DNA from: an uncultured Bacilli bacterium
Lineage (GTDB): Bacteria > Bacillota_I > Bacilli_A > RF39 > UBA660
Direction of reading: 5' to 3'
Assembly (NCBI GenBank): GCA_944372195.1
Contig: CALVYK010000002.1
Location: 4,422-68,421 of the forward strand
Length of the DNA stretch: 64,000 bases
In this document: piece after piece, positions 13,349 to 24,200 of the stretch
Layout of the letters: each line of letters starts with the position of its first letter
Numbering within the stretch: the stretch's first letter is position 1
Notes under the pieces: model-generated
What the model saw: the letters and a program-made list of their open reading frames with translations, nothing else
Told to the model about the DNA's origin: nothing
Databases searched by the model: none
Made by a program: the position numbers and the translations under genes

Positions 13349-13803
13349 TGTTTCACGTGAAACTATAAATAATAAAGCAATTTAATGTTTTACGTGGAAC
13401 CATAAATAATAAAACAACTCAATGTTTCACGTGGAACTATAAGCAATAAAACAATTAAATGTTTCACGTGAAACTATAACAATAAAATAATTCAATGTTC
13501 CACGTGAAACTATAACAATAAAACAACTCAATGTTTCACGTGGAACTATAAGCAATAAAACAATTAAATGTTTCACGTGAAACTATAAACAATAAAACAA
13601 CTCAATGTTTCACGTGAAACTATAACAATAAAATGACCTAATGTTTCACGTGAAACTATAACAATAAAATAATTCAATGTTCCACGTGAAACTATAACAA
13701 TAAAACAACTCAATGTTTCACGTGGAACTATAAGCAATAAAACAATTAAATGTTTCACGTGAAACTATAAATAATAAAATAATTCAATGTTCCACGTGGA
13801 ACT
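13349..13803. repeat. Tandem array of 13 parS-like (ParB/Spo0J-binding) sites with a 36-37 bp unit
   Basis: Each unit carries TGTT(T/C)(C/T)ACGTG(A/G)AAC(T/C). The known parS consensus is TGTTNCACGTGAAACA. Site starts: 13349, 13386, 13423, 13460, 13496, 13532, 13569, 13606, 13642, 13678, 13714, 13751, 13788. Confidence 0.8.
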
Positions 13804-13990
13804 ATGAAATATATAGATAATAAATAAAATATTTAAAATTGTACATAAAAATTATTATAATTTTTAAAATGTAATATATTTATTGTTTAATTTTAAAAAT
13901 CAATTAATAATAATTGTTATTTGAATACTTAAAGTAAAATTAATGACTGAAATCATTGATTTTATAATAATATTATTGTATATTATATAT

Positions 13991-14061
13991 GCACAACATT
14001 TATGTTTGAATCTGGTCAGAGTCGGAAGACAGCAGCCATAAGATCCTCTAAATGTGTGTGC
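13991..14061 (+). ncRNA. ffs: Small (4.5S-like) SRP RNA
   Basis: CTGGTCAGAGTCGGAAGACAGCAGCC matches the conserved SRP domain IV motif (E. coli CAGGTCAGGTCCGGAAGGAAGCAGCC). It is closed by a GCACAACATTTA / TAAATGTGTGTGC helix and followed by T7. It lies next to tadA-dnaX, as scr does in B. subtilis. Confidence 0.8.
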
Positions 14062-14072
14062 TTTTTTTGTAG

Positions 14073-14513
14073 GTGATTACTGTGGAAAAAAAATATATGT
14101 TAGAAGCATTAAAGGAAGCAAATAAAGCTTATAAATTAGGTGAAGTGCCCATAGGGGCTGTTATTGTCAAAGATAATAAGATAATCTCTCGCGCATATAA
14201 TAAAAAAGAATCTAGTAATTTAGCAACTTCTCATGCTGAAATATTAGCAATTAATAAAGCATGTAAAAAATTAAAAAATTGGAGATTAGTAGATTGTACA
14301 TTATATGTTACAGTTGAACCATGCTTAATGTGTTGCGGTGCTATAATTCAATCTCGAATAAAAAAAGTTGTATATGGAACACATAATGAATATTATGGTG
14401 CAGTAGAAAGTATAGCCAAAACATTAAAAAAATATAATGTTGAGGTGAGATCAAATATATTACAAAACGAATGTTCGTATATTTTAAAAGAATTCTTTAA
14501 AAAAAGAAGATAA
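14073..14513 (+). CDS. tadA: tRNA-specific adenosine deaminase TadA
   Basis: HAEILAINKAC and VEPCLMCCGAI zinc-binding deaminase motifs. The true start may be the ATG a few codons downstream (MLEALKE). Confidence 0.92.
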   Translation: MITVEKKYMLEALKEANKAYKLGEVPIGAVIVKDNKIISRAYNKKESSNLATSHAEILAINKACKKLKNWRLVDCTLYVTVEPCLMCCGAIIQSRIKKVVYGTHNEYYGAVESIAKTLKKYNVEVRSNILQNECSYILKEFFKKRR

Positions 14514-14566
14514 GTATTTAATATTATTAATAAAAATGATATAATTATGAAGTCGAGGTGAGTAAA

Positions 14567-16255
14567 ATGTATCAAGCTTTATATAGAAAATATCGACCTA
14601 AAACATTTGATGATGTATCCGGGCAAGAAGTTGTTATTAGGACTCTTAAAAATGCAGTTATAAATGATAAAATTAGTCATGCTTATCTTTTTGCTGGTCC
14701 TCGTGGCTGTGGAAAAACGTCAATCGCTAAAATATTTGCAAAATTAGTAAATTGTAAAAATAGTATTGAAGGAAAACCATGTAATAAATGTGTTTGTTGT
14801 ACACAAAATAATGATCAAAATATGGATATCATTGAAATGGATGCTGCCTCTAATAATGGTGTTGATGAAATAAGAGAAATTAACAACAAAGTTAATTTAG
14901 TGCCTTCACTTGGAAAATATAAAATATATATTATCGATGAAGTTCATATGTTAACAATTGGAGCTTTTAATGCTTTGTTAAAAACATTAGAAGAACCACC
15001 ATCTCATGTTATATTTATCTTAGCTACGACAGATCCACATAAAGTTCCAATAACAATTTTATCAAGATGTCAAAGATTTGATTTAAAAAAAATTCCTACG
15101 GAAAAAATTTATGAGCGTTTAAAATACATTTGTGATAATGAAAATATAAAAATAGAAGATGATGCTATTTGGGAAATTGCTAGATTAGGTGATGGTGGAT
15201 TAAGAGATGCTATTGGTATATTAGATCAAGTTGTATCATATGCAATTGACACTGTAACATTAAATGATGTTCATGAAGTAAATGGAACCATTTCTCAACA
15301 AAATGTATTTGATTTAATGAAAAATGTAGTTGATAACAATTTAACTGATGTTATTAATGAAATAACTGAATATAGTAATAAAGGGAAAAGCATTATAAAA
15401 ATTACAGAAGAAATAATTTTGTTTTTTAGAAATGCTATTTTAGCTAGTGCAACAAATTTAGAAGATAAAAATATTTACCAAGAAATAAATAATTATATTA
15501 ATACCGATGAAATGTTAAATTATATCAGTATTTTGAACGATTCACTATTAGATATGAAAAAGTTTTCTAATCCTAAAATGATTTTAGATCTTGCTTTTAT
15601 AAAAATAATGAACAAATTAAATCAAAAAAGAGAAAATGAATATGAAGAAAAACAAAAAGTTATTACTCAAAAAACAATAAAATCAGAAAAAATTACCCAG
15701 GAAATAAAATTTGAAGATAAATCAAAAAATACTGCAAATAATGAAAATATTTCCAGGGAAATAAATAAAAAAAATATGGACAACAATTTGTTAGAAAAAC
15801 TTAATAAATTTGTCGAAATAAGAGTAAATAATACACTTTCAAAATTTTCAAAAAAAGAAACAATGGAGTTAAAAAATGAATTAAATAGAGTAATGGATTA
15901 CGTGATGGATGAAAAATATAGTATCTATGCGACAATGATATTAGATGGGCAGTTAAAAGCAGTCAGTGATGAATATGCAATATTTACTTATAAAACTGAA
16001 CATTTATCAAATCTATTTAATGAAAATATAATTAATATTGAAAATTTAATTAAAGAAGTTTTTAATAAACCATACAAAGTTGTTGCTGTAGATATTGATA
16101 AATGGAATGTTATAAAAGATAATTTTAACAGCAAAAAACAAAAATTTGAATATCAAAATGAAATATATTCGATAGAAGATATTTTAAGTCAATTAAATCA
16201 AGAACCAGAGGATGATATGAAGTCATTGTTTGGAGATATAGTAGAGTATAATTAA
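14567..16255 (+). CDS. dnaX: DNA polymerase III subunits gamma/tau
   Basis: YRKYRPKTFDDVSGQ and GPRGCGKTS motifs. I chose the ATG at 14567, after the GAGGTGA RBS. Confidence 0.95.
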   Translation: MYQALYRKYRPKTFDDVSGQEVVIRTLKNAVINDKISHAYLFAGPRGCGKTSIAKIFAKLVNCKNSIEGKPCNKCVCCTQNNDQNMDIIEMDAASNNGVDEIREINNKVNLVPSLGKYKIYIIDEVHMLTIGAFNALLKTLEEPPSHVIFILATTDPHKVPITILSRCQRFDLKKIPTEKIYERLKYICDNENIKIEDDAIWEIARLGDGGLRDAIGILDQVVSYAIDTVTLNDVHEVNGTISQQNVFDLMKNVVDNNLTDVINEITEYSNKGKSIIKITEEIILFFRNAILASATNLEDKNIYQEINNYINTDEMLNYISILNDSLLDMKKFSNPKMILDLAFIKIMNKLNQKRENEYEEKQKVITQKTIKSEKITQEIKFEDKSKNTANNENISREINKKNMDNNLLEKLNKFVEIRVNNTLSKFSKKETMELKNELNRVMDYVMDEKYSIYATMILDGQLKAVSDEYAIFTYKTEHLSNLFNENIINIENLIKEVFNKPYKVVAVDIDKWNVIKDNFNSKKQKFEYQNEIYSIEDILSQLNQEPEDDMKSLFGDIVEYN

Positions 16256-16267
16256 GGAGGAAAATTT

Positions 16268-16564
16268 ATGAATATACAAGCTATGATAAAACAAGCTCAA
16301 AAATTACAAAAGGATATGATGAATGTTAAAAAGGAAATTGATGAAACAGAATTTGTTTGTACTAAATCTTTTTTAACAATTAAAGCAATGGGAAATAAAA
16401 AAATTAAATCTATTAAAATAGATATGGATAGTATTTCAAAAGATGAAATGGAAATGGTTGAAGACTTAATTTTAGTTACTGTTAACGAATTAATGGATAA
16501 AATTGATAAAGAAACTGAAAAGAAAATGGGTAAATACACTCAAGGAATGCCGGGGTTATTCTAA
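16268..16564 (+). CDS. ybaB: Nucleoid-associated protein YbaB/EbfC
   Basis: 98 aa, and the dnaX-ybaB-recR synteny fits. Confidence 0.9.
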   Translation: MNIQAMIKQAQKLQKDMMNVKKEIDETEFVCTKSFLTIKAMGNKKIKSIKIDMDSISKDEMEMVEDLILVTVNELMDKIDKETEKKMGKYTQGMPGLF

Positions 16565-17175
16565 TGCTATATCCTGAGACAATTAATAATTTAATTGAGT
16601 GTTATAAAAAATTTCCGGGTGTAGGCGAAAAATCTGCTGAACGAATGGCTTTATACACATTAGAACTAGATCAAGAAGTAATTGATCTTTTTGCGCAAGC
16701 TTTAAAAGATTCTAAAAAAAATATTAAAAGATGTAAAAAATGCAATAATTTGTCTGAAACAGATATTTGTCCAATATGTGGTAGTGACACAAGAGATAAA
16801 AAAGTTATCTGTGTCGTTGAAGAACCTAAAAATGTTTTTCAATTTGAAAAAATAGGATCATACAATGGTTTATATCATGTATTAGATGGATTAATTTCAC
16901 CATTAGAAGATATTAACCCAGAAGATATTAATTTAGATAGTTTATTAGATCGAATTAAAAATGATAATGTAGAAGAAGTTATTATTGCAGTTAAACCTAG
17001 TGTTGAAGGTGAAACAACTGCATTATATATTTCAAAAATATTAGAAGATAAAAATGTTACAATATCTAAAATAGCCCATGGTGTTCCAATGGGAGCGGAT
17101 ATGGATTATGTTGATTCTTTAACTTTGGAATTAGCGTTACAAGAAAGAAAAAATATAACTAGTCATACTGAATAA
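16564..17175 (+). CDS. recR: Recombination protein RecR
   Basis: C4 zinc finger CKKCNN..CPIC plus a Toprim domain. Confidence 0.95.
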   Translation: MLYPETINNLIECYKKFPGVGEKSAERMALYTLELDQEVIDLFAQALKDSKKNIKRCKKCNNLSETDICPICGSDTRDKKVICVVEEPKNVFQFEKIGSYNGLYHVLDGLISPLEDINPEDINLDSLLDRIKNDNVEEVIIAVKPSVEGETTALYISKILEDKNVTISKIAHGVPMGADMDYVDSLTLELALQERKNITSHTE

Positions 17176-17194
17176 TATTAATTCATAATTTTTA

Positions 17195-17395
17195 TTGGTG
17201 AAGAATATGTTTAAAAAATTATTTAATTTAATCAAAAGAATTGTTATTAGTGCTTTTGTGTTATATGGATATAATTTATTAGTTACACCAATAAATTTAA
17301 TTATACCAATTAATATAGTAACAGTATCGTTATTAACAATTTTTGGCCTACCGGCTTTATTTTCATTAATTATCATATTAATTGTAGTTTTTTAG
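17195..17395 (+). CDS. Small membrane protein, BofA-like (pro-sigma-K processing inhibitor family)
   Basis: 66 aa with two TM segments and an LLTIFGLPALF motif. It lies after recR, where bofA lies in B. subtilis. Confidence 0.45.
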   Translation: MVKNMFKKLFNLIKRIVISAFVLYGYNLLVTPINLIIPINIVTVSLLTIFGLPALFSLIIILIVVF

Positions 17396-17407
17396 GAAGG
17401 TGTAAGT

Positions 17408-18355
17408 ATGTTAGAACAATATCAAAATAATCAACCAATTGCTTATCAAATAATTAAAAATACTTTAAATAAAAAACATTTCGCGCATGCTTATTTAATC
17501 GAAACAAATGGCTATGATAAAGGTTTTGATTTTGCTTTAACATTTGCTAAATTATTATTGTGTCCTTACGATGGATGTATTAATTGTATGCAATGTAAGA
17601 TGATTGATGATAATAATTTTCCAGAGCTAAAAATAATTAATCCTGATGGTAACAATATAAAAAAAGAACAACTAACCGAATTACAAGAAGAATTTAATAA
17701 AAAATCAATTGTAGGAAATAAAAAAGTTTATATTATAAATAAAGCTGAAAAGCTAAATATTAATTCAGCTAACACAATATTAAAATTTTTGGAAGAACCC
17801 CAAGAAGGAATAATTGCCATTTTAATAACTAATAATATTTATCAATTGTTGGATACTATAATCTCAAGGTGTCAAATAATTTCTTTAAATGGACAAGTTG
17901 ATTTAAAAAATAAAATTACATTTAATAAAATAGGCCAATTATTAACTGATAATAACGAAGATTATAATAATTTTATCAATGATGAAAATAACAAAGAAAA
18001 ATTAGAGGCTTTATTAAAATTTGTTAAATATTATGAAAATAATCATAAAAAACTATTATTGTATATGAACGATTATTGGTTTAATTATTTCAATGATAAA
18101 CAAGAAATGAGTAAATACATATTGATAATGATCTATTTTTATAAAGATGTTTTAAATTATAAAATAAATTGTGATATTGAAATATTTAATGATTATTTGA
18201 ATTTAATAGAAGATATAGCTAATAAAAATACTGTGTACAACTTAGTTAATAAGATAACTATTATTAATGAACATAGAACATATTTGGAATATAATGCCAA
18301 TTTAAATTTATTAATGGATAAAATTATAATTGAATTAGAAAGTGGTGTAAGATGA
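17408..18355 (+). CDS. holB: DNA polymerase III delta' subunit
   Basis: N-terminal HAYL motif and a clamp-loader fold. Synteny fits. Confidence 0.85.
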   Translation: MLEQYQNNQPIAYQIIKNTLNKKHFAHAYLIETNGYDKGFDFALTFAKLLLCPYDGCINCMQCKMIDDNNFPELKIINPDGNNIKKEQLTELQEEFNKKSIVGNKKVYIINKAEKLNINSANTILKFLEEPQEGIIAILITNNIYQLLDTIISRCQIISLNGQVDLKNKITFNKIGQLLTDNNEDYNNFINDENNKEKLEALLKFVKYYENNHKKLLLYMNDYWFNYFNDKQEMSKYILIMIYFYKDVLNYKINCDIEIFNDYLNLIEDIANKNTVYNLVNKITIINEHRTYLEYNANLNLLMDKIIIELESGVR

Positions 18356-19134
18356 AAGTAGTAGGAGTAGCATTTGATAATAATAAACAAATATATTATT
18401 TTAATCCTAAAACATTTGATTTAAGAAGAAATGTTACTGTAATAGTAGAAACAGAAAGAGGATTACAATTTGGTAAAGTTATTTTACCGCCTTTTGAAAT
18501 AGAAGAATTTAAACTTAAATCTGTTTTAAAAGATGTAGTAAGAATATCTACTAAAAAAGATTTTTTAGAATATAAAAAAAACGTGAGAGATGCTGAAAAT
18601 GCTCTAATTAAATGTAAAAAATTAATTGAAAAATTAGAACTTAATATGCAAGTTATGGATGCTAGTTTTACTTTTGATAGATCACAGTTATTATTTAGGT
18701 TTTTATCAGATAATAGAGTTGATTTTAGACAATTAGCAAAAGAATTAGCCTCTATTTACAAAACAAGAATTGAATTAAGACAAATAGGTGTTAGAGATAA
18801 AGCTAAAGAAATAGGTGGTTGTGGATTATGTGGTAGACAACTTTGTTGTGCAAGATTTAATTCGGATATGTCTTCAGTGTCTATTAATATGGCTAAAAAT
18901 CAAAACATATCTTTAAATCCCAATAAAATTAATGGCGTTTGTGGTAGACTTTTATGTTGTTTAAAATATGAAGATGAAACTTATAAAGAATATAGAAAAG
19001 AATTACCTAAAGTTGGTAATATTGTTGATACTGATAAAGGAAGAGGTAAAGTCGTTAGTGTCGATATTCTAAATAAAAAATATAGCGTAGATATTAAAGA
19101 TGTGGGGATTGTTGAGATAGATGGAACTAACTAA
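18352..19134 (+). CDS. ricT: PSP1-domain protein YaaT/RicT (stage 0 sporulation)
   Basis: Cys-rich CGLCGRQLCC...CGRLLCCLKYE motifs typical of YaaT. Confidence 0.85.
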   Translation: MKVVGVAFDNNKQIYYFNPKTFDLRRNVTVIVETERGLQFGKVILPPFEIEEFKLKSVLKDVVRISTKKDFLEYKKNVRDAENALIKCKKLIEKLELNMQVMDASFTFDRSQLLFRFLSDNRVDFRQLAKELASIYKTRIELRQIGVRDKAKEIGGCGLCGRQLCCARFNSDMSSVSINMAKNQNISLNPNKINGVCGRLLCCLKYEDETYKEYRKELPKVGNIVDTDKGRGKVVSVDILNKKYSVDIKDVGIVEIDGTN

Positions 19135-19846
19135 TTATTTATTAGGATATAAAGATAAATATATTGTCCAAAATACACAAATGTTTAATTTTTCTTTAGA
19201 TTCTGTCTTATTACCTAATTTTGTAACTTTAAATAAAAATATTAAAAATATATTAGATATTGGCTGTGGTAATGCACCAATACCTTTAATTTTATCCACT
19301 AAAACAAATGCTTTAATTACAGGTGTAGAAATCCAAAAAGATGTTTATGATTTAGCAGTTAAATCAGTTAAAATAAATAATTTAGAAAATCAAATAAATA
19401 TTATAAATGCTGATATAAATGAATTATATAATAAATTTGAAACTGAATCTTTTGATGTAATAACTTGTAATCCACCATTTTTTAAAGTAAGTGAACAATC
19501 TAATTTAAATAAATCTGATTATAAAACTATTGCTCGTCATGAAGTTAAATTAAATTTAGATGATATATTTAAAATATCAAAAAAATTACTTAAAAATAAT
19601 GGTTATGTTGCTATTGTTCATCGTCCAGAAAGATTATTAGATATATTAGAAAGTATGAAAAAATATAATATTGAACCTAAAAAAATTCAATTTATTTATC
19701 CTAAAACAAATATGGAAGCCAATATATTATTAGTTGAAGGAAAGAAAAATGGTAATAAAGGATTAAAAATATTACCGCCTATTTATACCCATTTAGAAAA
19801 TGGTGAATATACAGAACAAATAAAAAAATATTTTGAAGGTGATTAA
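19121..19846 (+). CDS. SAM-dependent tRNA (adenine-N6) methyltransferase, YabB/TrmN6-like
   Basis: DIGCGNA SAM motif and an NPPF catalytic motif. Confidence 0.75.
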   Translation: MELTNYLLGYKDKYIVQNTQMFNFSLDSVLLPNFVTLNKNIKNILDIGCGNAPIPLILSTKTNALITGVEIQKDVYDLAVKSVKINNLENQINIINADINELYNKFETESFDVITCNPPFFKVSEQSNLNKSDYKTIARHEVKLNLDDIFKISKKLLKNNGYVAIVHRPERLLDILESMKKYNIEPKKIQFIYPKTNMEANILLVEGKKNGNKGLKILPPIYTHLENGEYTEQIKKYFEGD

Positions 19847-20681
19847 AATGTCGCAAAAAAGTTATGATAATAAACCAACTTTATATTTAATAGCAACACC
19901 AATAGGTAATATGGAAGATATTACTTATCGCGCTATTAATGTATTAAAGAGTGTTTCAGTTATATTTTCAGAAGATACAAGAGTAACTAATCAATTATTA
20001 AGTTATTATAATATAAAAAATAAATTGATATCTTCTCATCAATATAATGAAAAAGATAATATAGATAAATTATTAAAGTATTTAAATGATGGACAAGATG
20101 TCGGATTAGTTACGGATAGAGGGACTCCTATTATAAGTGATCCGGGTTATTATTTGGCTAAAGCAGCAATTAATAATAATTATAATGTTGTATCAATACC
20201 AGGAGCTACCGCTTTCGTATCTGCCTTAATTATATCAAATATTGATGCACAACCTTTTACTTTTTTTGGCTTTTTAAATAGTAAATCTAGTAAAAGAAGA
20301 AAAGAACTAGAAGAATTAAAAAATCATAGGTATACTTTAATATTTTATGAGTCACCTCATCGTTTAATAGATACTTTAAATGATATGTTAAAAATATTGG
20401 GAAATAGAAATATCTCAATTTCCCGGGAAATAACAAAGAAATTTGAAGAAATATATAGAGGTACCATAAGTGACGTAATTAACGAATTAGACGTGCTAAA
20501 AGGCGAATTTGTCATAGTTGTAGAAGGTAATAAAAATGTAAATGATTTTAATAATCTGTCAATCTTAGATCACGTTAATTTATATATTGAAAATGGATTA
20601 GATCCAAAAGAAGCAATAAAAAAAGTTGCACATGAACGCAAACTAAATAAAAATGAAGTGTATAGAGAATATCATAAGTAG
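19833..20681 (+). CDS. rsmI: 16S rRNA (cytidine1402-2'-O)-methyltransferase RsmI
   Basis: LYLIATPIGN and a tetrapyrrole-methylase fold. Synteny fits. Confidence 0.9.
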   Translation: MKVIKMSQKSYDNKPTLYLIATPIGNMEDITYRAINVLKSVSVIFSEDTRVTNQLLSYYNIKNKLISSHQYNEKDNIDKLLKYLNDGQDVGLVTDRGTPIISDPGYYLAKAAINNNYNVVSIPGATAFVSALIISNIDAQPFTFFGFLNSKSSKRRKELEELKNHRYTLIFYESPHRLIDTLNDMLKILGNRNISISREITKKFEEIYRGTISDVINELDVLKGEFVIVVEGNKNVNDFNNLSILDHVNLYIENGLDPKEAIKKVAHERKLNKNEVYREYHK

Positions 20682-20691
20682 GTGATTATAA

Positions 20692-21249
20692 ATGAAGTTA
20701 ATAGTAGGTTTGGGAAATAAAGGAAATGAATATAATAATACTCGTCATAATGTTGGATTTATGGTTGTTGATAATTATATTAATAAAAATAATTTAACTT
20801 ATAAATCTAAATTAGATGGATTATATGCAGAAACAGTAATTAATGGTGAAAAAGTAATATTTTTAAAACCCCAAAATTATATTAATTTATCAGGTGATGT
20901 AATAAGTAAATATATTAAATATTTTAAAATAGATGTTAAAGATATATTAGTTATTCATGATGATATGGATTTAGAAATAGGTACTTTTAAAATAAGATAT
21001 AAAGGTGGATCTGCTGGTCATAATGGCTTAAAAAATATTGAAGCAAATTTAAAAACTAATGAATATAAAAGAATAAAAATAGGTATATCTAAAAATAATA
21101 TAGATAAAGTAGATTATGTTTTAGGTAAATTTAGTCCTTTGGAACTAAGTAAATTAAATAAAGTTATCGATATTACTTATAACATAATTGAAGATTATGT
21201 CTCTTTATCATTTGAAAATTTAATGAATAAATACAATGGATACAAATAA
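20692..21249 (+). CDS. pth: Peptidyl-tRNA hydrolase
   Basis: MKLIVGLGNKGNEYNNTRHNVGF. Confidence 0.95.
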   Translation: MKLIVGLGNKGNEYNNTRHNVGFMVVDNYINKNNLTYKSKLDGLYAETVINGEKVIFLKPQNYINLSGDVISKYIKYFKIDVKDILVIHDDMDLEIGTFKIRYKGGSAGHNGLKNIEANLKTNEYKRIKIGISKNNIDKVDYVLGKFSPLELSKLNKVIDITYNIIEDYVSLSFENLMNKYNGYK

Positions 21250-21270
21250 GTATCCTTTTTGGAGGTTATT

Positions 21271-24200
21271 ATGATATTTAATAAACTATTTAATGATTAT
21301 AGTAATAACGATATTGGTGGATTAACTGATGAATTAAAATGTATATATATTGCTAATAACTTTAAAGAAAATACCTTAGTTGTATGCAATAGTCTATATG
21401 AAGCCAATAAATTTTATCAAACTTTAAAAAACTATGTAGATAATGTCTACTTTTTTCCGATGGATGATTTTATGACTAGTCAAGTACTAGCTATATCTCC
21501 TGATTTTAAAATGACTAGATTAGAAACATTAAATAATATTGATGATAAATGTATCGTTGTAACTAATTTAATGGGCTATTTAAGATTTTTACCTCCAAAA
21601 GATATATTTAAAAAAAGTTTTATCAAATTAAAAGTAAATGATGATATTAAAGATTTAGATCGTAAATTATATGATATTGGTTATGAAAAAGATACTATAA
21701 TTAATAAATCTGGTGATATGGCTGTAAGAGGTTATGTAATTGATGTATTTCCCATTAACTATGATAACCCAATAAGAATAGAATTTTGGGGTGATACCAT
21801 TGAATCAATTAGAAAATTTGATATCAATACCCAATTAACTATTGAAACAATTGATGAAGTTGATATAATACCTAATACTGAAGAATTATCTAGTGATTAT
21901 GTAGATATCTATAGTTATTTAAATGGTAAAGTTTATTATAATGAATTTGAAGATATTAAAACAGGTTATGAGCAATTGATGAATGAAGTATTAGAGTATG
22001 ATACTAGTAAAAAATATTTCTTTGATTTTAAAGAATATGATTCTATTAAACTATCAAATAATTATGGTGAATTTAATTATAATTCATTTAAAATAGAAGA
22101 TAGATTTAATAATATTAAAGATATTCTAAAATATAAAAATAAAACTATTGTTATATGTGTCTCAAATCGATATCAAGCTAATAAAATAATCGATGAAATA
22201 GATTGTGTATTTACTAATGTTAATCAAATATTTGAAAAAAAAATAAATGTTGTAATATTTAATATCAATGAAGGATTTATTTTTAATGATTATGTTTTTA
22301 TATCTGAAAATGAAATATTTAACAAGAAAAATTCTATTCCATATAAGACTAATTTTAAATATGGCACTAAAATAAAAGATATATCAAAACTAGAAATAGG
22401 AGATTACGTAGTTCATAATGTTCATGGTATAGGTAGATATTTAGGTCTTAAAACTATGAATAAAAATGGCTTAATTAAAGATTATTTACAAATAGAATAT
22501 AAAGATGGCGATAAATTATATATTCCTGTTGAAAAGATAGATTTAATTAGTAAATATGCGTCTAAAGATGGTTATATACCTAAAATAAACAAATTAGGTT
22601 CATCTGAATGGTCTAAAGTTAAAATGAGGGCTCGCGCTAAAGCCCATGATATTGCTCAAGAATTACTTAAAACATTCGCTTTAAGAGAAGTAAATAAAGG
22701 CTTTAAATTTAAAGAAGATGATGAGACTCAAATATTATTTGAAAAACAATTTCCATACCAAGAAACACCTGATCAATTAAAAGTATTAGATGAGATTAAA
22801 AAAGATATGGAAAGCAGTCATCCAATGGATCGATTGTTGTGTGGTGATGTTGGATATGGTAAAACAGAAATAGCTTTTAGAGCTGCTTTTAAAGCAATAT
22901 TATCTGGTAAACAAGTAGCTTTATTATGTCCTACTACAATACTTTCAAATCAGCACTTTCTTAATGCTTTAGATAGATTTAAAGAGTTTCCTGTTAATAT
23001 AAGATTGATTAATCGTTTTACTACACCTAAAGTATATAAAGATACATTGTTAAAACTCCAAGAAGGTTCTATAGATTTTGTAATTGGTACACATAGATTA
23101 TTAAATGATGAAATTAAATATAAAGACTTAGGATTATTGATAATAGATGAAGAACAACGCTTTGGCGTAACACATAAAGAGAAAATAAAAAAATTAAAAA
23201 CTAATATTGATGTTTTAACTTTATCTGCTACTCCAATACCTCGTACCTTACAAATGTCTTTATCTGGTATTAAGGGGTTATCAACTATTGAAACTCCGCC
23301 CTCTAATAGATATCCTGTTCAAACTTATGTCTTAAATTACAATACTAAAATAATTAAAGACGCTATTTATAAAGAATTATCTAGATCAGGTCAATGTTTT
23401 ATTTTATATAATCATGTTGATAGTATTGCTTCTAAGGCAAAAGAAATTCAAGATTTAGTAAAAGATGCTAAAGTAGTATATGCTCATGGCAGAATGAATA
23501 AAACTGATATCGAAGATATAATGCTTAAATTTATAAATAAAGAATATGATGTTTTAGTTTGTACAACTATTATCGAAACAGGAATAGATATACCTAATGT
23601 TAATACATTAATTATATTAGAAGCTGACAGATTAGGTTTATCTCAATTATATCAATTAAGAGGAAGAGTAGGTCGTACTAACAAAATAGCTTATTGTTAT
23701 TTAATGTATAGTAAAATATTATCCGAAATAGCAACTAAAAGATTAAATGCTATTAAAGAATTTACTGAATTAGGTAGTGGATTATCAATTGCTCGAAGAG
23801 ATTTGTCACTAAGAGGAGCAGGTGATTTCTTAGGAGATGAACAATCAGGATTTATTGATTCAATAGGTATAGAATTATTTACAGAGTTACTAAAACAAGA
23901 AATAGATAAATTAAAAGGAGTATATGTTAAAGAAGAAGAAGATACACAACCATTAATTGAAGTAGATACTTATATATCTGATTCTTATGTTAAAGAAATG
24001 GATTTAAAAATAGAAATACATAAAAAAATAAATGAAATAGATTCTTATGATAAATTGGTATCAGTTCAAAAAGAATTAGAAGACAGATTTGGTAAATTAG
24101 ATGATAAATTAATTATTTATATGTATCAAGAATGGTTTGAATCATTAGCTTCTAAATTAAATATCATAAGTATTAAACAAAATTCTAAAGAAATAGAATT

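Noticed and set aside
13349-13803. The 36-37 bp repeat array could be read as a CRISPR array.
   Set aside because: The whole 36-37 bp unit is conserved, including the inter-palindrome segment, so there are no unique spacers. No cas genes are nearby, and the palindromic core matches parS. ORF 13573-13758 in the track is a translation artefact of the repeats.
13191-13990. An rRNA operon was expected after gyrA, as in B. subtilis (rrnO).
   Set aside because: No 16S/23S/5S-like sequence is present anywhere in the window. The interval holds the parS-like array, A+T-rich spacer and the SRP RNA.
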